From NCBI GenBank assembly GCA_950097015.1, contig CATNEN010000007.1, positions 1,612,001 to 1,676,000 of the forward strand: a stretch of DNA of 64,000 nt. The letters are read 5' to 3'. The notes below the pieces were generated by a model that searched no databases, was not told the DNA's origin, and saw only the letters and a program-made list of their open reading frames with translations. The DNA comes from Macrostomum hystrix (taxonomy: Eukaryota; Animalia; Platyhelminthes). The position numbers and the translations under genes are program-made. Positions 31,905-44,077 of the stretch are shown here, piece after piece (the first letter of the stretch is position 1; every line of letters begins with the position of its first letter).

Positions 31905-32605
31905 GGTAGTGACTGACACACACTGATGACATCTCCAGGGAGGGTAAGTGACTGACACACACTGATGACATCTCCAGGGAGGGTAGTGACTGACACACAC
32001 TGATGACATGATCTTCAGGGAGGTTAGTGCTGACACACACTGATGACATCTCCAGGGAGGGTAGTGACTGACACACACTGATGACATCTCCAGGGAGGGT
32101 AGTGACTGACACACACTGATGACATCTCCAGGGAGGGTAGTGACTGACACACACTGATGACATCTCCAGGGAGGGTAGTGACTGACACACACTGATGACA
32201 TCTCCAGGGAGGGTAGTGACTGACACACACTGATGACATCTCCAGGGAGGGTAGTGACTGACACACACTGATGACATGATCTTCAGGGAGGTTAGTGCTG
32301 ACACACACTGATGACATCTCCAGGGAGGGTAGTGACTGACACACACTGATGACATCTCCAGGGAGGGTAGTGACTGACACACACTGATGACATCTCCAGG
32401 GAGGTTAGTGCTGACACACACTGATGACATCTCCAGGGAGGGTAGTGACTGACACACACTGATGACATCTCCAGGGAGGGTAGTGACTGACACACACTGA
32501 TGACATCTCCAGGGAGGGTAGTGACTGACACACACTGATGACATCTCCAGGGAGGTTAGTGCTGACACACACTGATGACATCTCCAGGGAGGTTAGTGCT
32601 GACAC
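31905..32605. repeat. Minisatellite, 38 bp (gtgactgacacacactgatgacatctccagggagggta)
   Basis: About 18 tandem copies, with occasional 41-bp variants. Confidence 0.95.
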
Positions 32606-34028
32606 ATTGAGTGATCTGTGATAGTAAGCACATCAGACGCCAAAGGCGTACAAAATAAGTACAAAATAATGATCTGTAGGCATTCTGCATGTACACGGGA
32701 CCATAGGTACAGTAAATGAAGCAAATATTTGCTAGACATGCTCGACTGGGTCTGTTGGCCGTCAGCTTTTACAATCTATTGCCAACGAGTATGAGGAGTT
32801 CGCATTTGGGTACAAAATGCTCAAAACTCTTGAGTCTATCATACGCAGGTGCAGAGTACAGTACATTATAAATTAGAGTTAGATAAAGGTCCAAGATTAG
32901 TTCAAGCAATAACTACGAGATTTCAGCCGGCTTATCAGATCTTACTTCGTGCATGCGCCCTTGCTTGTTAGTTTGGCCTGCAGGCTAAAATGCAAAACAC
33001 GATAGTCAATGCATTGGCCAGCAAGCATGGGTCAAGCATAATTCTCATATGCTTGCATATTTGCATGTTCTATATGTATTCTTAGAAGAAAAATATAATT
33101 AAGCACATGATGCATCACAGCAGTCAGGCGCATGTTCAAATTCAAACTAAAAAATGCGTTCTTCCAACCTTGGTAAATCATTTACGCTGGAATTAGCAAC
33201 ATAAACACGTGCACTGTTAAAAGTACACAGAATTCAGCATGCGAGATCATAGCATACTTTAGCTGTCCAAAATCTATATTAAAAACCAGACGAATTTTTA
33301 AGCCTGCTCGATCGATATTGATCAAATCAATTAATCGGAATACAAAGTTACAAAAAATCTGAATTAGACACACACTGCCTCTGTTTTGTTTTTCATAAAA
33401 GCGTCTAAAAACTGCTTATGGGTCTGGCTTTTAAAATTTGTAATTGTAATTTGAAATATTTCACAAGTTTCACGAATAGCATACATCAACTGCATGTGTA
33501 TCTGCACATGTGTGAATGTACATCGTACATGTATATTATATACAATAGGAACGGAGAACTTTAATGATCAGAAGGCATGCAGAAGAAGATTCGCCTACTA
33601 TAGCTGACTGTCAGATTTAACGAGAGTAAAATATACTAACGTGGTTGCATAGCGCGATCGCTAGTACTTATCAGCATACGTATCAATGAGAAGAAACACC
33701 CTAAGAAGAATACAATTAAGCATGATTCTTACGTTCATGAAGAAACTACACATTTAAAGGTGCAGGCTATGACGTACCGTACTACTGCCACTACTAGTAG
33801 TATAGTACATATTACCATGTAAGACTGAATCAATTTGTTCTTTATTTAAGCATTTACAAACAATAACTATGCACTTTAGATTTCTCAAATGTGAGTTAAA
33901 AATTAAATTTCTAGTAACTTCCTATTGTATTGACTGTGCTCAAATCTGTCCTCACAATATACTCGTAATACTTAATTTTACAAAATAGCTTTACAAATTC
34001 AACCAATTACAAATGAGTTTAATATATG

Positions 34029-34400
34029 TATAATAATAATAATAATAATAATTGCAGAAGGGCTGCGGGCAATGGCACATAATTTAGTGACACTAGACCC
34101 GCAGCCAGCGAGAAGGCAATTCTGCCCTTTTCGCTGACTCCTGAGCACACACGCACACAGATACTGTACGCAGGCACACGCTCACACAGGTTTGTACATC
34201 TGCCCTGACTTTCTCATCGTCAGGCAGTGTACATTTCACTGTGCCTTGGAGGTTGGCCCACAAGGGCGTAAATTGCACGACAAGCCCCTAAGCCTTCTCT
34301 CCGCGGCTGCGCCCCAAATGAATGTGGCCTCGCCGTGGAATCGAACTTAGGGACCGTGGTGCGAGAGGCAAACGCGTTAGACTGCTCTGCCACCGACCCC
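34029..34400 (-). mobile_element. Full-length SINE family A
   Basis: Head ggggtcggtggcagagcagtctaacgcg...agttcgattcc, (TTA)n tail, and a 13-bp TSD agtttaatatatg (34016-34028 and 34402-34414). Confidence 0.92.
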
Positions 34401-36955
34401 CAGTTTAATATATGAGTTAAGTTTATTTTATGCACTATTGAATTTATATTAAGACACTGTGCGCTTATATTAAGACACTTTTGCACACAGTGCGTGTGCA
34501 AAAAGTGCAAGATTTCTGAATCTTCTTTTCATTACTAAAAGTAAATTTATCAATCTTTTTAGTTTCAAATAAAAAACAGTGCATGGTTTAAATAAATGTA
34601 ATGTTAGAGATGTGAACAATTTTTTATACTATAAAAAAGATTTTGTTTTTGTGTTATTTATATGCGTAGTTCGTATTCAAATGTCAGGTGTCCTGTAAAG
34701 CGATCTTGTCCGAACGAATTATCCGGTACACTTCGGCGACGAGACTTTTCGGAGACAACCATATTAACGACGAGTCACTCCGGCGACAACCATTTCGGCG
34801 ACAATGGAATAAAATTGTTATTTTTACGTGTAATGGCCAATAAATTGTTTAAACCAGCGCCGATATGTTTGCCAAAATAAGGTAATTGTGTTCATGTAGT
34901 CATGTAGTGATGTAGACAGTAGTTAAGTTACAAGTAACGTCTTTAAATAGACAAAGGTAAAGTTTAGATTTGGTCAAAACAGATCATAAGGTATTGTTCA
35001 TGTACAACAACAAGTAGTATGCTAAACGAGGCCCAAAAGTAAAATGAAGATTCGGTAAAAAGTGAAATGCTGAAATAAGCACAAGGTTAAAGTGTAGAGT
35101 CGATAAAATAGAACATATGGTAAAGTCCATGTACAACAGCAATTAGCATGCTGTTAAAATTCAACACTTTTTATTCCACTGTTTACCAGTGCAGAAATAT
35201 ATTGTCGCTAAAGTATCTTGTTCCACAAGTGGACTGGTACCCTCAGAGCTATGTCTAAGGTTGCATTGATTTTAAGGGTAGTGTAGCCTTTTTGGTACCA
35301 TTTTGATGCATTTTGGTTCCCATATGAGACATGAAAAAAAACTTGACACCTCACAAATAAATAAATAAACAAAAAGAAAATGGACATCAATTATTCATGA
35401 ATAAAGCTTTTTTATATTTGTTGAAGCAACATATTTTTCAAGTTGAATGCTTTTTTGTTTTTTGGCATATTTTGGCATTGGCGAAAATTAAGCTTGCTTT
35501 TGAAAAGTACCAATGACTTATCAATTGAAATATTCTGCTGTAGCATTTTATGTTCTTGCAGATTGCCTGCATCTGTCAGAAATGGTCAAATCTTGCACAA
35601 AAGTTAGCCTCTTCAACATTGACACAGTTTAGCAACAAAACCAAGTCAATATCAATAGGCCTATAAGCTGGCAATAGACAAGATCAATTAACAAGAATTG
35701 GCTAATGTCAGTCTTTTGCACTAGGCCCATTAACACTTATCTTGTTTATAATGCATTGTTTTCAGCTATACTGTTGCCATGGCAACTCTCTTTTACTGAA
35801 CCTGCTAAATCTCCATAAGTAGCCTACCATTTGTCCAGATATACAAAGATTGTACATGGCTGTCAGGAAGGAACTATCCAATAAAAGGCTCAATTCCATT
35901 ATCAATTTACCTTGGCACTGGGCAATGGATATAACCCAATTCTAAAGAAATATATAAATTCCAAAGAATTTGGGAACTAGGTTTGGTGAAATATCAGTTT
36001 AGACTGTGCTTACATAATGCCATTTTTGTCAGCTTCTGCTTACTAAGCTTTGACAGGAACTTCATCAGGACCACTGGCCTTGCTATCTTTTGATCATTAT
36101 CAATCATCAAACTAGTGGTTAACACATACTTAGAAAAGCAATATTTGTTATATTTTTTTGCTATGTCATCACAACCTCAGGGTAGTTGTACTATTTTATT
36201 ATATTGAATGGAGCTAATCATACTACATTGAATCAGGTTGCTTGTACTGAACAATATTAAAGGAAAGGGTAAGCTAAAAGCAATAAAATTGTAGCTGGAC
36301 TTCAATCCCAGTATTTGTATCTCCCTTTAAACCACATTAAAGCAGTTTTTCAGAATGTTATTGACACATTTTTATTTTTAGGGAATAAAGATACCAAATT
36401 CCAGGATATATTATAGGATTTTTGCTACTTTAAGTAACAACATACTTTTTCTATAGACAACAATCAGGCAGGCAAGCATAGAAAAACACAGAACTTTTTT
36501 AACAAAGTACATAAGGCATGCACTTCAGGCAGATTTTGTCAATAGAGTTATCTTCAGTGTATAGCTCACTTAATTATTGATTCTCACATTACAGTGATAA
36601 TTATGAAAATAAATTTATATTAGACTGCAACAGCTTAACAAAGGGAATGGTTAATATGCTACATTTTTAAACTTGCATCATCAAAATATATAATTTTGAC
36701 ATGAAATGCCCTAATGCCCCTATAATGTATTATAATGATCTATGACTAAAATCTAAGGACTAAATCTAGGTAAATATAGTAAATCCAAGTCAAAATGATA
36801 TTTTTTGTACAACTTTTAGTACTATAAATAGGTAAAAATGTTTTGTAATGGCCACCAAAATAGTTTTATTTTATTTATTGTCCTCAGAAGTAATAAGAGG
36901 CAAGTCCAAAGATGGATTCTTTGTTGCCTCAGAATTGAATCAATGAATTTTGCAG

Positions 36956-37312
36956 GCAGCATCAAAGGCAGCCGCCAAGGTCACAACCGGCCTAACTGGC
37001 CTGGCTGTGAACACAACGCCGCACATCTCCCTAACAGCCCTGTATGATCGCACACTGAAGCTCCTAGCTCGCATGCCAGCCGAGGCAAAGTATAGGCAAG
37101 CCACTGAGGCCATTGTGAAAGAGCGATTGGCCGCTGTTAAAGCTGAGCCGGACATTGCCCGGCTGGAGAAGCGCATCAACTGCGGCCAGATCGAAGAGGT
37201 TGTGCAACAGGCCGAGCGAGAACTTCAATTGGCTCGCAACTGTCTTATCTGGAAGCCTTGGGAGCCGCTGATTAGTCAGGCGCCAGCTAACCAATGGAAG
37301 TGGCCAGTCTAA
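36956..37312 (+). CDS. NDUFA5: NADH dehydrogenase 1 alpha subcomplex subunit 5; coding exon lacks its own ATG
   Basis: TTGLTGLAV..P...L..LY...L..L..MP..A.YR..TE.IV.ERL...CGQIEEVV.QAE.EL.LAR....WKPWEPL...AP.NQW.WP matches the family along its whole length. The exon starts after ttttgcag, and there is an in-frame TGA just upstream. Confidence 0.95.
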   Translation, partial: AASKAAAKVTTGLTGLAVNTTPHISLTALYDRTLKLLARMPAEAKYRQATEAIVKERLAAVKAEPDIARLEKRINCGQIEEVVQQAERELQLARNCLIWKPWEPLISQAPANQWKWPV

Positions 37313-37859
37313 GGCGCAGCGTTTAGTCGCTCACTAACTCATTAACTGTTAGATACTATACTATAGTAAGTTTCTTTAAGCTGCGCATATGACTTTTTCA
37401 TCTATTAATGTGGGTTTAGTTGTCATCAATTTTATCAGTTTGAATTAGTTAAAAAATTTGAGTTCCAATCGAGATTAACTAGCTTTCCACTGCGACTGCT
37501 TAAACTAAAATTCGGACTTGTGTAGAAAATATAGTGATAAGTGTATCTTTTCTTTAGAAACTGTTTAGAAGACTGTATCAACTATCACTCACTTTTAATT
37601 GGCCTATTAAAAGCCTGCTTTAAATAAAACAATTCGCAAGATCAGTTTTCCGGCTTCAGATTTTTTGTTGCTCATCTATGGAAAAATTTGATACTAAGAC
37701 TCGTATATTTCTACTGTAAGTAGCTTGGCGTGAATATTTAACCAGAGTCCCTGTAGTATCCTGTCTTGGTTGAAGTATTGTCACTTAACATACTTAATAA
37801 TTAGTAAATAGCTTGAGTGGGTTGAAGGGACGATTCATGATGTCCCTAAGCTTGCTTGA

Positions 37860-38090
37860 CACGCATGGGAAAGTCAGGGCTGATGTACACACCCTGTGTG
37901 AGTGTGAGCCTGAGGGCGTATTAGTGTGTCTGTGTGTGTGGTCAAGAGTCAGCGGAATGGCAGAATTGACTCCTCGCTGGCTGCGGTTCTACTGTCACCA
38001 AACTTGCATTTGCTGGGGTTAGTGCGGCAGCTTTCCCAGGCTGCGGACTGAACAGTTGTACACAGGTTTTGGTAGCCCCGCGCAGTATCT
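37860..38090 (+). mobile_element. Diverged SINE fragment: family A-like body with a family B-like tail
   Basis: gaaagtcagggctgatgtacacac...gagtcagcggaatggcagaattgactcctcgctggctgcgg matches family A. The downstream ggactgaacagttgtacacagg...ccgcgca matches the family B tail. Confidence 0.65.
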
Positions 38091-38225
38091 TAAGCTGCTT
38101 AGTGCAAAGTATCAGCCTCTAAATAATTGCTTTTGCAGCCAGTTTTGAGACTGAAAAATATTTGTACAATGCAAAACGGCTATTTCTGCTTCGCTCGAAG
38201 CAAACTCAAACAGCTCGTCAACGGA

Positions 38226-39473
38226 ATGCCTCACAGTATAGTTCTGGAGCTGCTTATTCGCGTCGTCATGGCAACCGTGTTTGGGTGAGTCTCTCTTTGG
38301 GACGCTTTTTTGATAGCCAAGCTTTTCAACAGCTGTGTTAACAGATCGCTGGCAGGTTTATTGAGGATTGCTGGTAGATTTATTCAGGATAGCTGGTAGA
38401 TTTATTCACGATAGCTGGTAGATTTATTCAGGATAGCTGGTAGATCTTTTCAGGATAGATTGTAAATTTATTCAGGATAGCTGGTAGATTTATTCAGGAT
38501 AGCTGGTAGATTTATTCAGGATAGCTGGTAGATTTATTCAGGATAGCTGGTAGATTTATTCAGGATAGCTGGTAGAATTTTTCCTGACCTTACATAAGAT
38601 AAAAGTGCCGCCCGCATCAACAATACGCGCAGCCTTCTGCAGCACGTGCCGCCTCGCGCTCGCGACATCCACCCTGAGGAGCTGTGGTTGTACCGCAACA
38701 GGCCGTCGGCGCCCTACTTTCCCTCCTGGTGTGTTGTTATCATAGTAACAGTTGTCGTGCCCGCGTTTATTTTTCTGCTTCAACAACAGCAACAGCAACA
38801 GCAGTTTGATTCAGAAGAGCCATTCATAAACCATTCGAAAAATGTCACCACCTGCCAGCTAATCTTCCTGGGCTACTCACTGTCCATTCTGCTCACGGGT
38901 ATTGTCACCGACTCAGTGAAGCTCATTGTGGGCAGGCCTAGGCCAGATTTCTACTATCGCTGCTTTCCAGCCGGCGACTCGGCCGCGGTAGCATCGGCAG
39001 CGGCTGCAGCGGCGGCTCTAGCCGATGCCATGGACGACGGCCCAGCGGAGGTCGCACCGCAGCCGGCGCCGCATTCGCTTGTGCCGCTTCTGCTTTTGCC
39101 CAGCGCCTGCACTGGCGATCCGGCCACCGTGGCTGAAGGCCGCAAATCATTCCCGTCTGGTCACGCCTCCATGTCATTCGCCAGCCTTGGCTATCTGTCC
39201 CTCCTGCTGGCTGACCGCCTGCTGTTCTGGTCTCCGGCTCCTTCAACCGCTTGGAGACTGCTGGCGTGCCTGGCGCCTTCGCTGGCAGCCGGTGGCATTG
39301 CTCTGAGCCGTCTGGCCGACTTTCATCATCACGCCGAGGACGTCCTGACCGGGTCTGTTCTCGGCCTGCTCGCGGCCTTCGCCTGTCACCGCTGCTACCG
39401 TCCGATGATGTTTGCGGAGGACTCGGCGCGAGCCTCCGGCAGCGGCTGCGACGGCCGCAGAATCGACGTCTGA
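38226..39473 (+). CDS. PLPP5: PAP2 lipid phosphatase, PLPP4/PLPP5-like (299 aa); exons 38226-38284, 38633-39473
   Basis: N-terminus MPHSIVLELLIRV...IHPEELWLYRN resembles PLPP4/5. Catalytic motifs KLIVGRPRP, PSGH and SRLADFHHHAEDV are intact. Phase-2 GT-AG intron. The paralogue assignment is uncertain. Confidence 0.9.
38350..38580. repeat. Minisatellite, 22 bp (tagatttattcaggatagctgg)
   Basis: Tandem copies in the PLPP intron. Confidence 0.92.
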
Positions 39474-40224
39474 GTTGCTTTCTGCCTACTTGAAGTAGCT
39501 GATTAATTTATTTTAGGGCTTTTCTTGCAAATGTAAGCAGGTCTGATCTGTGGCGGTTTAAAATGTTTAAAACGTGTTTACCATTTACTGTTCAATATAT
39601 CAGTATCAATATACAAGGATATTTGTTTATTTGTAAGCTATGTCTATTTTATGAAACATAAAACGTTTGCTTTTAATTATCAACTGCAGTTCAGAGTTCT
39701 CAGTGCAAAATTAAGAAATATACTTCTATTAGATATAAATATATATATAGTATCTATCTATTAGGTGGCTTAAATTCACAAACTGAGTTCGTGAGGAGCC
39801 AGCTGTCGTTAATCCGATGCCAGCTTATCGTCCAGTCCGCTCGCTTTCAATGGCCAGCGCGTCCTCTGTCTGTTTCTGCTTTTGCGTGGCTGTGCCAAAT
39901 TGCAACTTGCCAACGTAAATTGACATTACGCTCGTACGCTGTAGGTGTGTTAATACTTTTGTTTCGTTATTTTTCATCTTGAGATTTTGCTTTATCAGAT
40001 TTTGATGCTAAATAATTAGTTTGATCTCATTCGATTGCAGCACAAAAGCCTTAGCAATGCGAGGTATCATTTGAAAACTATTCTCAGCGATTTTAGTCGT
40101 CCTTACTATCTTTTTTATTACTTTTTTTTCAAACCCTTTTATGAGTTTTGCTGTCCATAGTGTACTTTTAGTTTTGTTCAGCATATCTTAACCCATGAAA
40201 AAATCATTAGCTCTTCAGACTGAT

Positions 40225-41047
40225 CAGTTCTTCTCCCAGATGCTCAGATTGAGCAGTCAGCCTCCCAGATGCTCAGATTGAGCAGTCAGCCTCCCAGATC
40301 CTCAGATTGAGCAGCCATCCTCCCAGATGATCAGACTGAGCAGCCATCCTCCCAGATGCTCAGATTGAGCAGCCATCCTCCCAGATGCTCAGATTGAGCA
40401 GCCATCCTCCCAGATCCTCAAATTGAGCAGCCATTCTCCCAGATCCTCAGATTGAGCAGTCAGCCTCCCAGATGCTCAGATTGAGCAGCCATCCTCCCAG
40501 ATGCTCAGATTGAGCAGCCAGCCTCCCAGATGCTCAGACTGCGCAGCCATCCTCCCAGATGCTCAGATTGAGCAGCCATCCTCCCAGATGCTCAGATTGA
40601 GCAGCCATCCTCCCAGATGCTCAGATTGAGCAGCCATCCTCCCAGATGCTCAGACTGCGCAGCCATCCTCCCAGATGCTCAGATTGAGCAGCCATCCTCC
40701 CAGATGCTCAGATTGAGCAGCCATCCTCCCAGATGCTCAGATTGAGCAGCCATCCTCCCAGATGCTCAGATTGAGCAGTCAGCCTCCCAGATGCTCAGAC
40801 TGCGCAGCCATCCTCCCAGATGCTCAGATTGAGCAGTCATCCTCCCAGATGCTCAGACTGCGCAGCCATCCTCCCAGATGCTCAGATTGAGCAGTCATCC
40901 TCCCAGATGCTCAGACTGCGCAGTCATCCTCCCAGATGCTCAGATTGAGCAGTCAGCCTCCCAGATGCTCAGACTGAGCAGTCAGCCTCCCAGATGCTCA
41001 GACTGAGCAGTCATCCTCCCAGATGCTCAGACTGCGCAGTCATCCTC
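40225..41047. repeat. Minisatellite, 29 bp (cctcccagatgctcagattgagcagccat)
   Basis: About 28 tandem copies. Confidence 0.95.
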
Positions 41048-41567
41048 CTCAATTTGTTAATCGTGCTTTTGAAACTCTTTATCTGTGTTAAAAGTATTTA
41101 GTATTGTTTTAGTAATCTCTATTTTGCTTTTATTTAAACACTACTCAACGCAGTAGAGATGTGTGCTTTCTTTTCAGAGATTTCTTTGCAAGAGTGATTC
41201 TCAGATGCTTAATTCTCACTGCCTCCCTCTCTAATGTCACTCATGTAATCTGCATGACGCAGTTTAATGTGCAGAAAAAAATAAATAAGATTCTCTAACA
41301 AAATCAAATTGCTAAATAAAAAGTCTCTTTTGATTTTTTGTTCTGGCATCCGCCTTGTGGCTCACAACTTGCATCCCTTCTCTCCGTTTTTTATTTTATT
41401 TACGAAACTTTGATTGGTTACGAAGCTTAACAGGTGTTCTAAATTGTTTTACAGGAAGAAATGAACACAGAGTTTGTTTTGAAAAGCAGAAGACTGTAGG
41501 AAAAAATAATTGTCTGTTCGGAAAGCGCTGGGCACAAGCTGTGCCATTGTGTGTCACTCGACACAGC

Positions 41568-43729
41568 TTAGTCCACAACCTGCAAAATCCCTAAAAGTAG
41601 GGATTCGAAGGCCAGAATATCTCCTGTGGCTGCAAGCCACAGGCTGTACCCTCCGTAGCGGAATTTGTCGTAGAACACGCCAAGAGCGATCAACAGGCAG
41701 ACGGCTAAAATGTTCAGTTAACCGACAAAAGCGTGTTAGACACAGCCGTTCCACATGTTAGACACAGCCGCTTCACATGTTAGACACAGCCGTTCCACAT
41801 GTTAGACACAGCAGTCCTACATGTTAGACACAGCAGTTCCAAATGTTAGACACAGCCGTTCCACATGTTAGACACAGCCGTTCCACAGGCAAGACACAGC
41901 CGTTCCACATGTTAGACACAGCCATTCCACATGTTAGACACTGCCATTCCACATGTTAGACACAGCCATTCCACATGTTAGACACAGCAGTTCCACATGT
42001 TAAACACAGCCGTTCCACATGCAAGACACAGCCGTTCCACATGTTAGACACAGCCATTCCACATGTTAGACACAGCCGTTCCACATGCAAGACACAGCCG
42101 TTCCACATGTTAGACACAGCCATTCCACATGTTAGACACAGCAGTTCCACATGTTAAACACAGCCGTTCCACATGCAAGACACAGCCGTTCCACATGTTA
42201 GACACAGCCATTCCACATGTTAGACACAGCTATTCCACATGTTAGACACAGCTATTCCACATGTTAGACACAGCCATACCACATGTTAGACACAGCTATT
42301 CCACATGTTAGACACAGCCATTCCACATGTTAGACACAGCTATTCCACATGTTAGACACAGCCATTCCACATGTTAGACACAGCTATTCCACATGTTAGA
42401 CACAGCTATTCCACATGTTAGACACAGCCATACCACATGTTAGACACAGCTATTCCACATGTTAGACACAGCCATACCACATGTTAGACACAGCTATTCC
42501 ACATGTTAGACCTTACCTCCAATGCCGCAGAGTAGCAAGATAATAACTTTTACATTTAAAGTTTGCAGTATCGACGTAGTGAATAATCCGAGAATGATCA
42601 GCAAGCCTGCCAAGCCCAGGCTGAGTGTGCCTATAAGGGCCATCAGCACCACAGCCAGTCCGGCACCTGGGGCTTTAGCAAGTAGAATAGAATTTTTTTG
42701 TAATTCAAATACGATGGCTTTTTCTAGACCTTTATCTAGACGGACTGCTGGACCTTCAAGGGCTACAACAGGTGGAACTAGGCCTAGAATGGACACCCTG
42801 ACGCGAATTTCTCAAATTTCACTGATCAAGTCTAAATATTAGGCGCAGCTCAACCACAGGACACCATCGCCTAGTCTGTCAACCAATCAGTCACCATCCA
42901 ACGCTGTTAGCCTTCGGGCGTTGCCGACGAAAAATTTCAGGGGAGAAATTCCCCCCCTTGGTATAAAAAAACGGGCGGCAAAATGGCTTGGTAGTCCTAC
43001 TGTTAAATTGGTACCAGCATTTGCTTGGGTAATTAGGGTGTGTGTTGCGTCCCCTACCAGTCCATGGACTAAACAGCCGTACGCAGCCTTCAGATGCGCC
43101 GCGCAATAGCTGTGACTGTGCTGTGGTCTGATTGGAACAGGTGTAATCACTTATTATCGATTATACATTTGCATTGTCTAGAATTGCTGGCAAATATAAT
43201 ACAGGCTTCTTTCGTTAATGAATGGACTTTCGTCTATTGGGCTATATTTAGCCTGGGCTATCCTGTAGTTTCGCACTTTAAATTATTATCATTTGAATTG
43301 GCGCCAAATGTGTTCTTTCACTGTATAAGTTTAATTCTCATGAACGGATTATATACAGCTATATATTGTACATAGAAGCTTTCTTAAAAGTATAGAACGT
43401 GTGAATTATGCTATAAGATTCAATCATGAAAATTTAGAGTTTAAAGCTGTAACTGCACAAAAACAGAATTGGCGCCAATTCAAATGATAATACTTTAACA
43501 TGCGAAACTTCAGGATAGCCTTAGCCTGTTAACAAGTTAATGAAATGCGCCAAACTATTTCACCTTTTGAGATGAGGTTAGTGAGTTTGCCAAAGGATGA
43601 GTGGTCATCGGGATCCCAGAGTCCGTGTCCCCAACCGGATGTGCCGCATGCCACCGCCGCACAGATGAATGCAGTCACTATGCCGATTATGTACATCTTC
43701 TTGAACAGTTCAGGTCCCGCTAGCAGCAT
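41568..43729 (-). CDS. Small claudin/PMP22-clan 4-TM protein (~150 aa); exons 43729-43564, 42666-42517, 41704-41568
   Basis: MLLAGPELFKKMYIIGIVTAFICAAVACGTSGWGHGLWD...|GAGLAVVLMALIG...LLLCGIG|AVCLLIALGVFYDKFRYGGYSLWLAATG... Shows W-x-x-GLW after TM1, GYSxWLA before TM4, four hydrophobic segments and phase-1 GT-AG junctions. Confidence 0.78.
41735..42510. repeat. Minisatellite, 22 bp (cacatgttagacacagccgttc)
   Basis: Fills intron 2 of the claudin-like gene. Confidence 0.95.
43000..43165 (+). mobile_element. SINE family B, 3' half
   Basis: ctgttaaattggtaccagca...ggactaaacagccgtacgcagccttcagatgcgccgcgca...caggtgtaatca aligns with 9590-9765. Confidence 0.85.
43256..43520. mobile_element. 265-bp MITE, Merlin-like
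   Basis: Imperfect TIRs of ~52 bp starting GGCTATCCTG; perfect 8-bp TSD ttagcctg (43248-43255 and 43521-43528). Confidence 0.82.
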
Positions 43730-43911
43730 GTTTGGTGTAGCGCTTGTAAGTTGATTTACAATTGTGGCTGTTGTGTGTATTAGATATTCTGCTTGAAAGT
43801 GACCTTTAAAGACATTCCTTATTTTATAGACAGACACGAATTGGTTAGCCAAGTGCACGCGCAAGTCAAGCTGTACTTAATTGTCTATGGTAAAATCTGC
43901 TTATGTAGCTT

Positions 43912-44063
43912 AGGCGGGGTTCGTAGCCTAAAATTAGACTTTGGCGTTGGACCAACGACTTAATGGTCGACTATCTTGAGGTTCGATTCTCGACTCCTCT
44001 AGAACAACTTATTTCCGTTTGCAAGACATTAAATTCTGCTTTCATTGCTTCAGTTCACCACCC
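43912..44063 (+). mobile_element. Diverged SINE family B head and CORE-like part
   Basis: B box ggttcgattctcgactcc and gcaagaca...cattgcttcagttcacc align with 9472-9590. Confidence 0.7.
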
Positions 44064-44077
44064 TTAATTGTTTTTGT

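Noticed and set aside
31905-32605. Box C/D-like motifs (tgatga, ctga) in the 38-bp repeat
   Set aside because: No terminal stems or guide regions, and they occur in a homogeneous tandem array.
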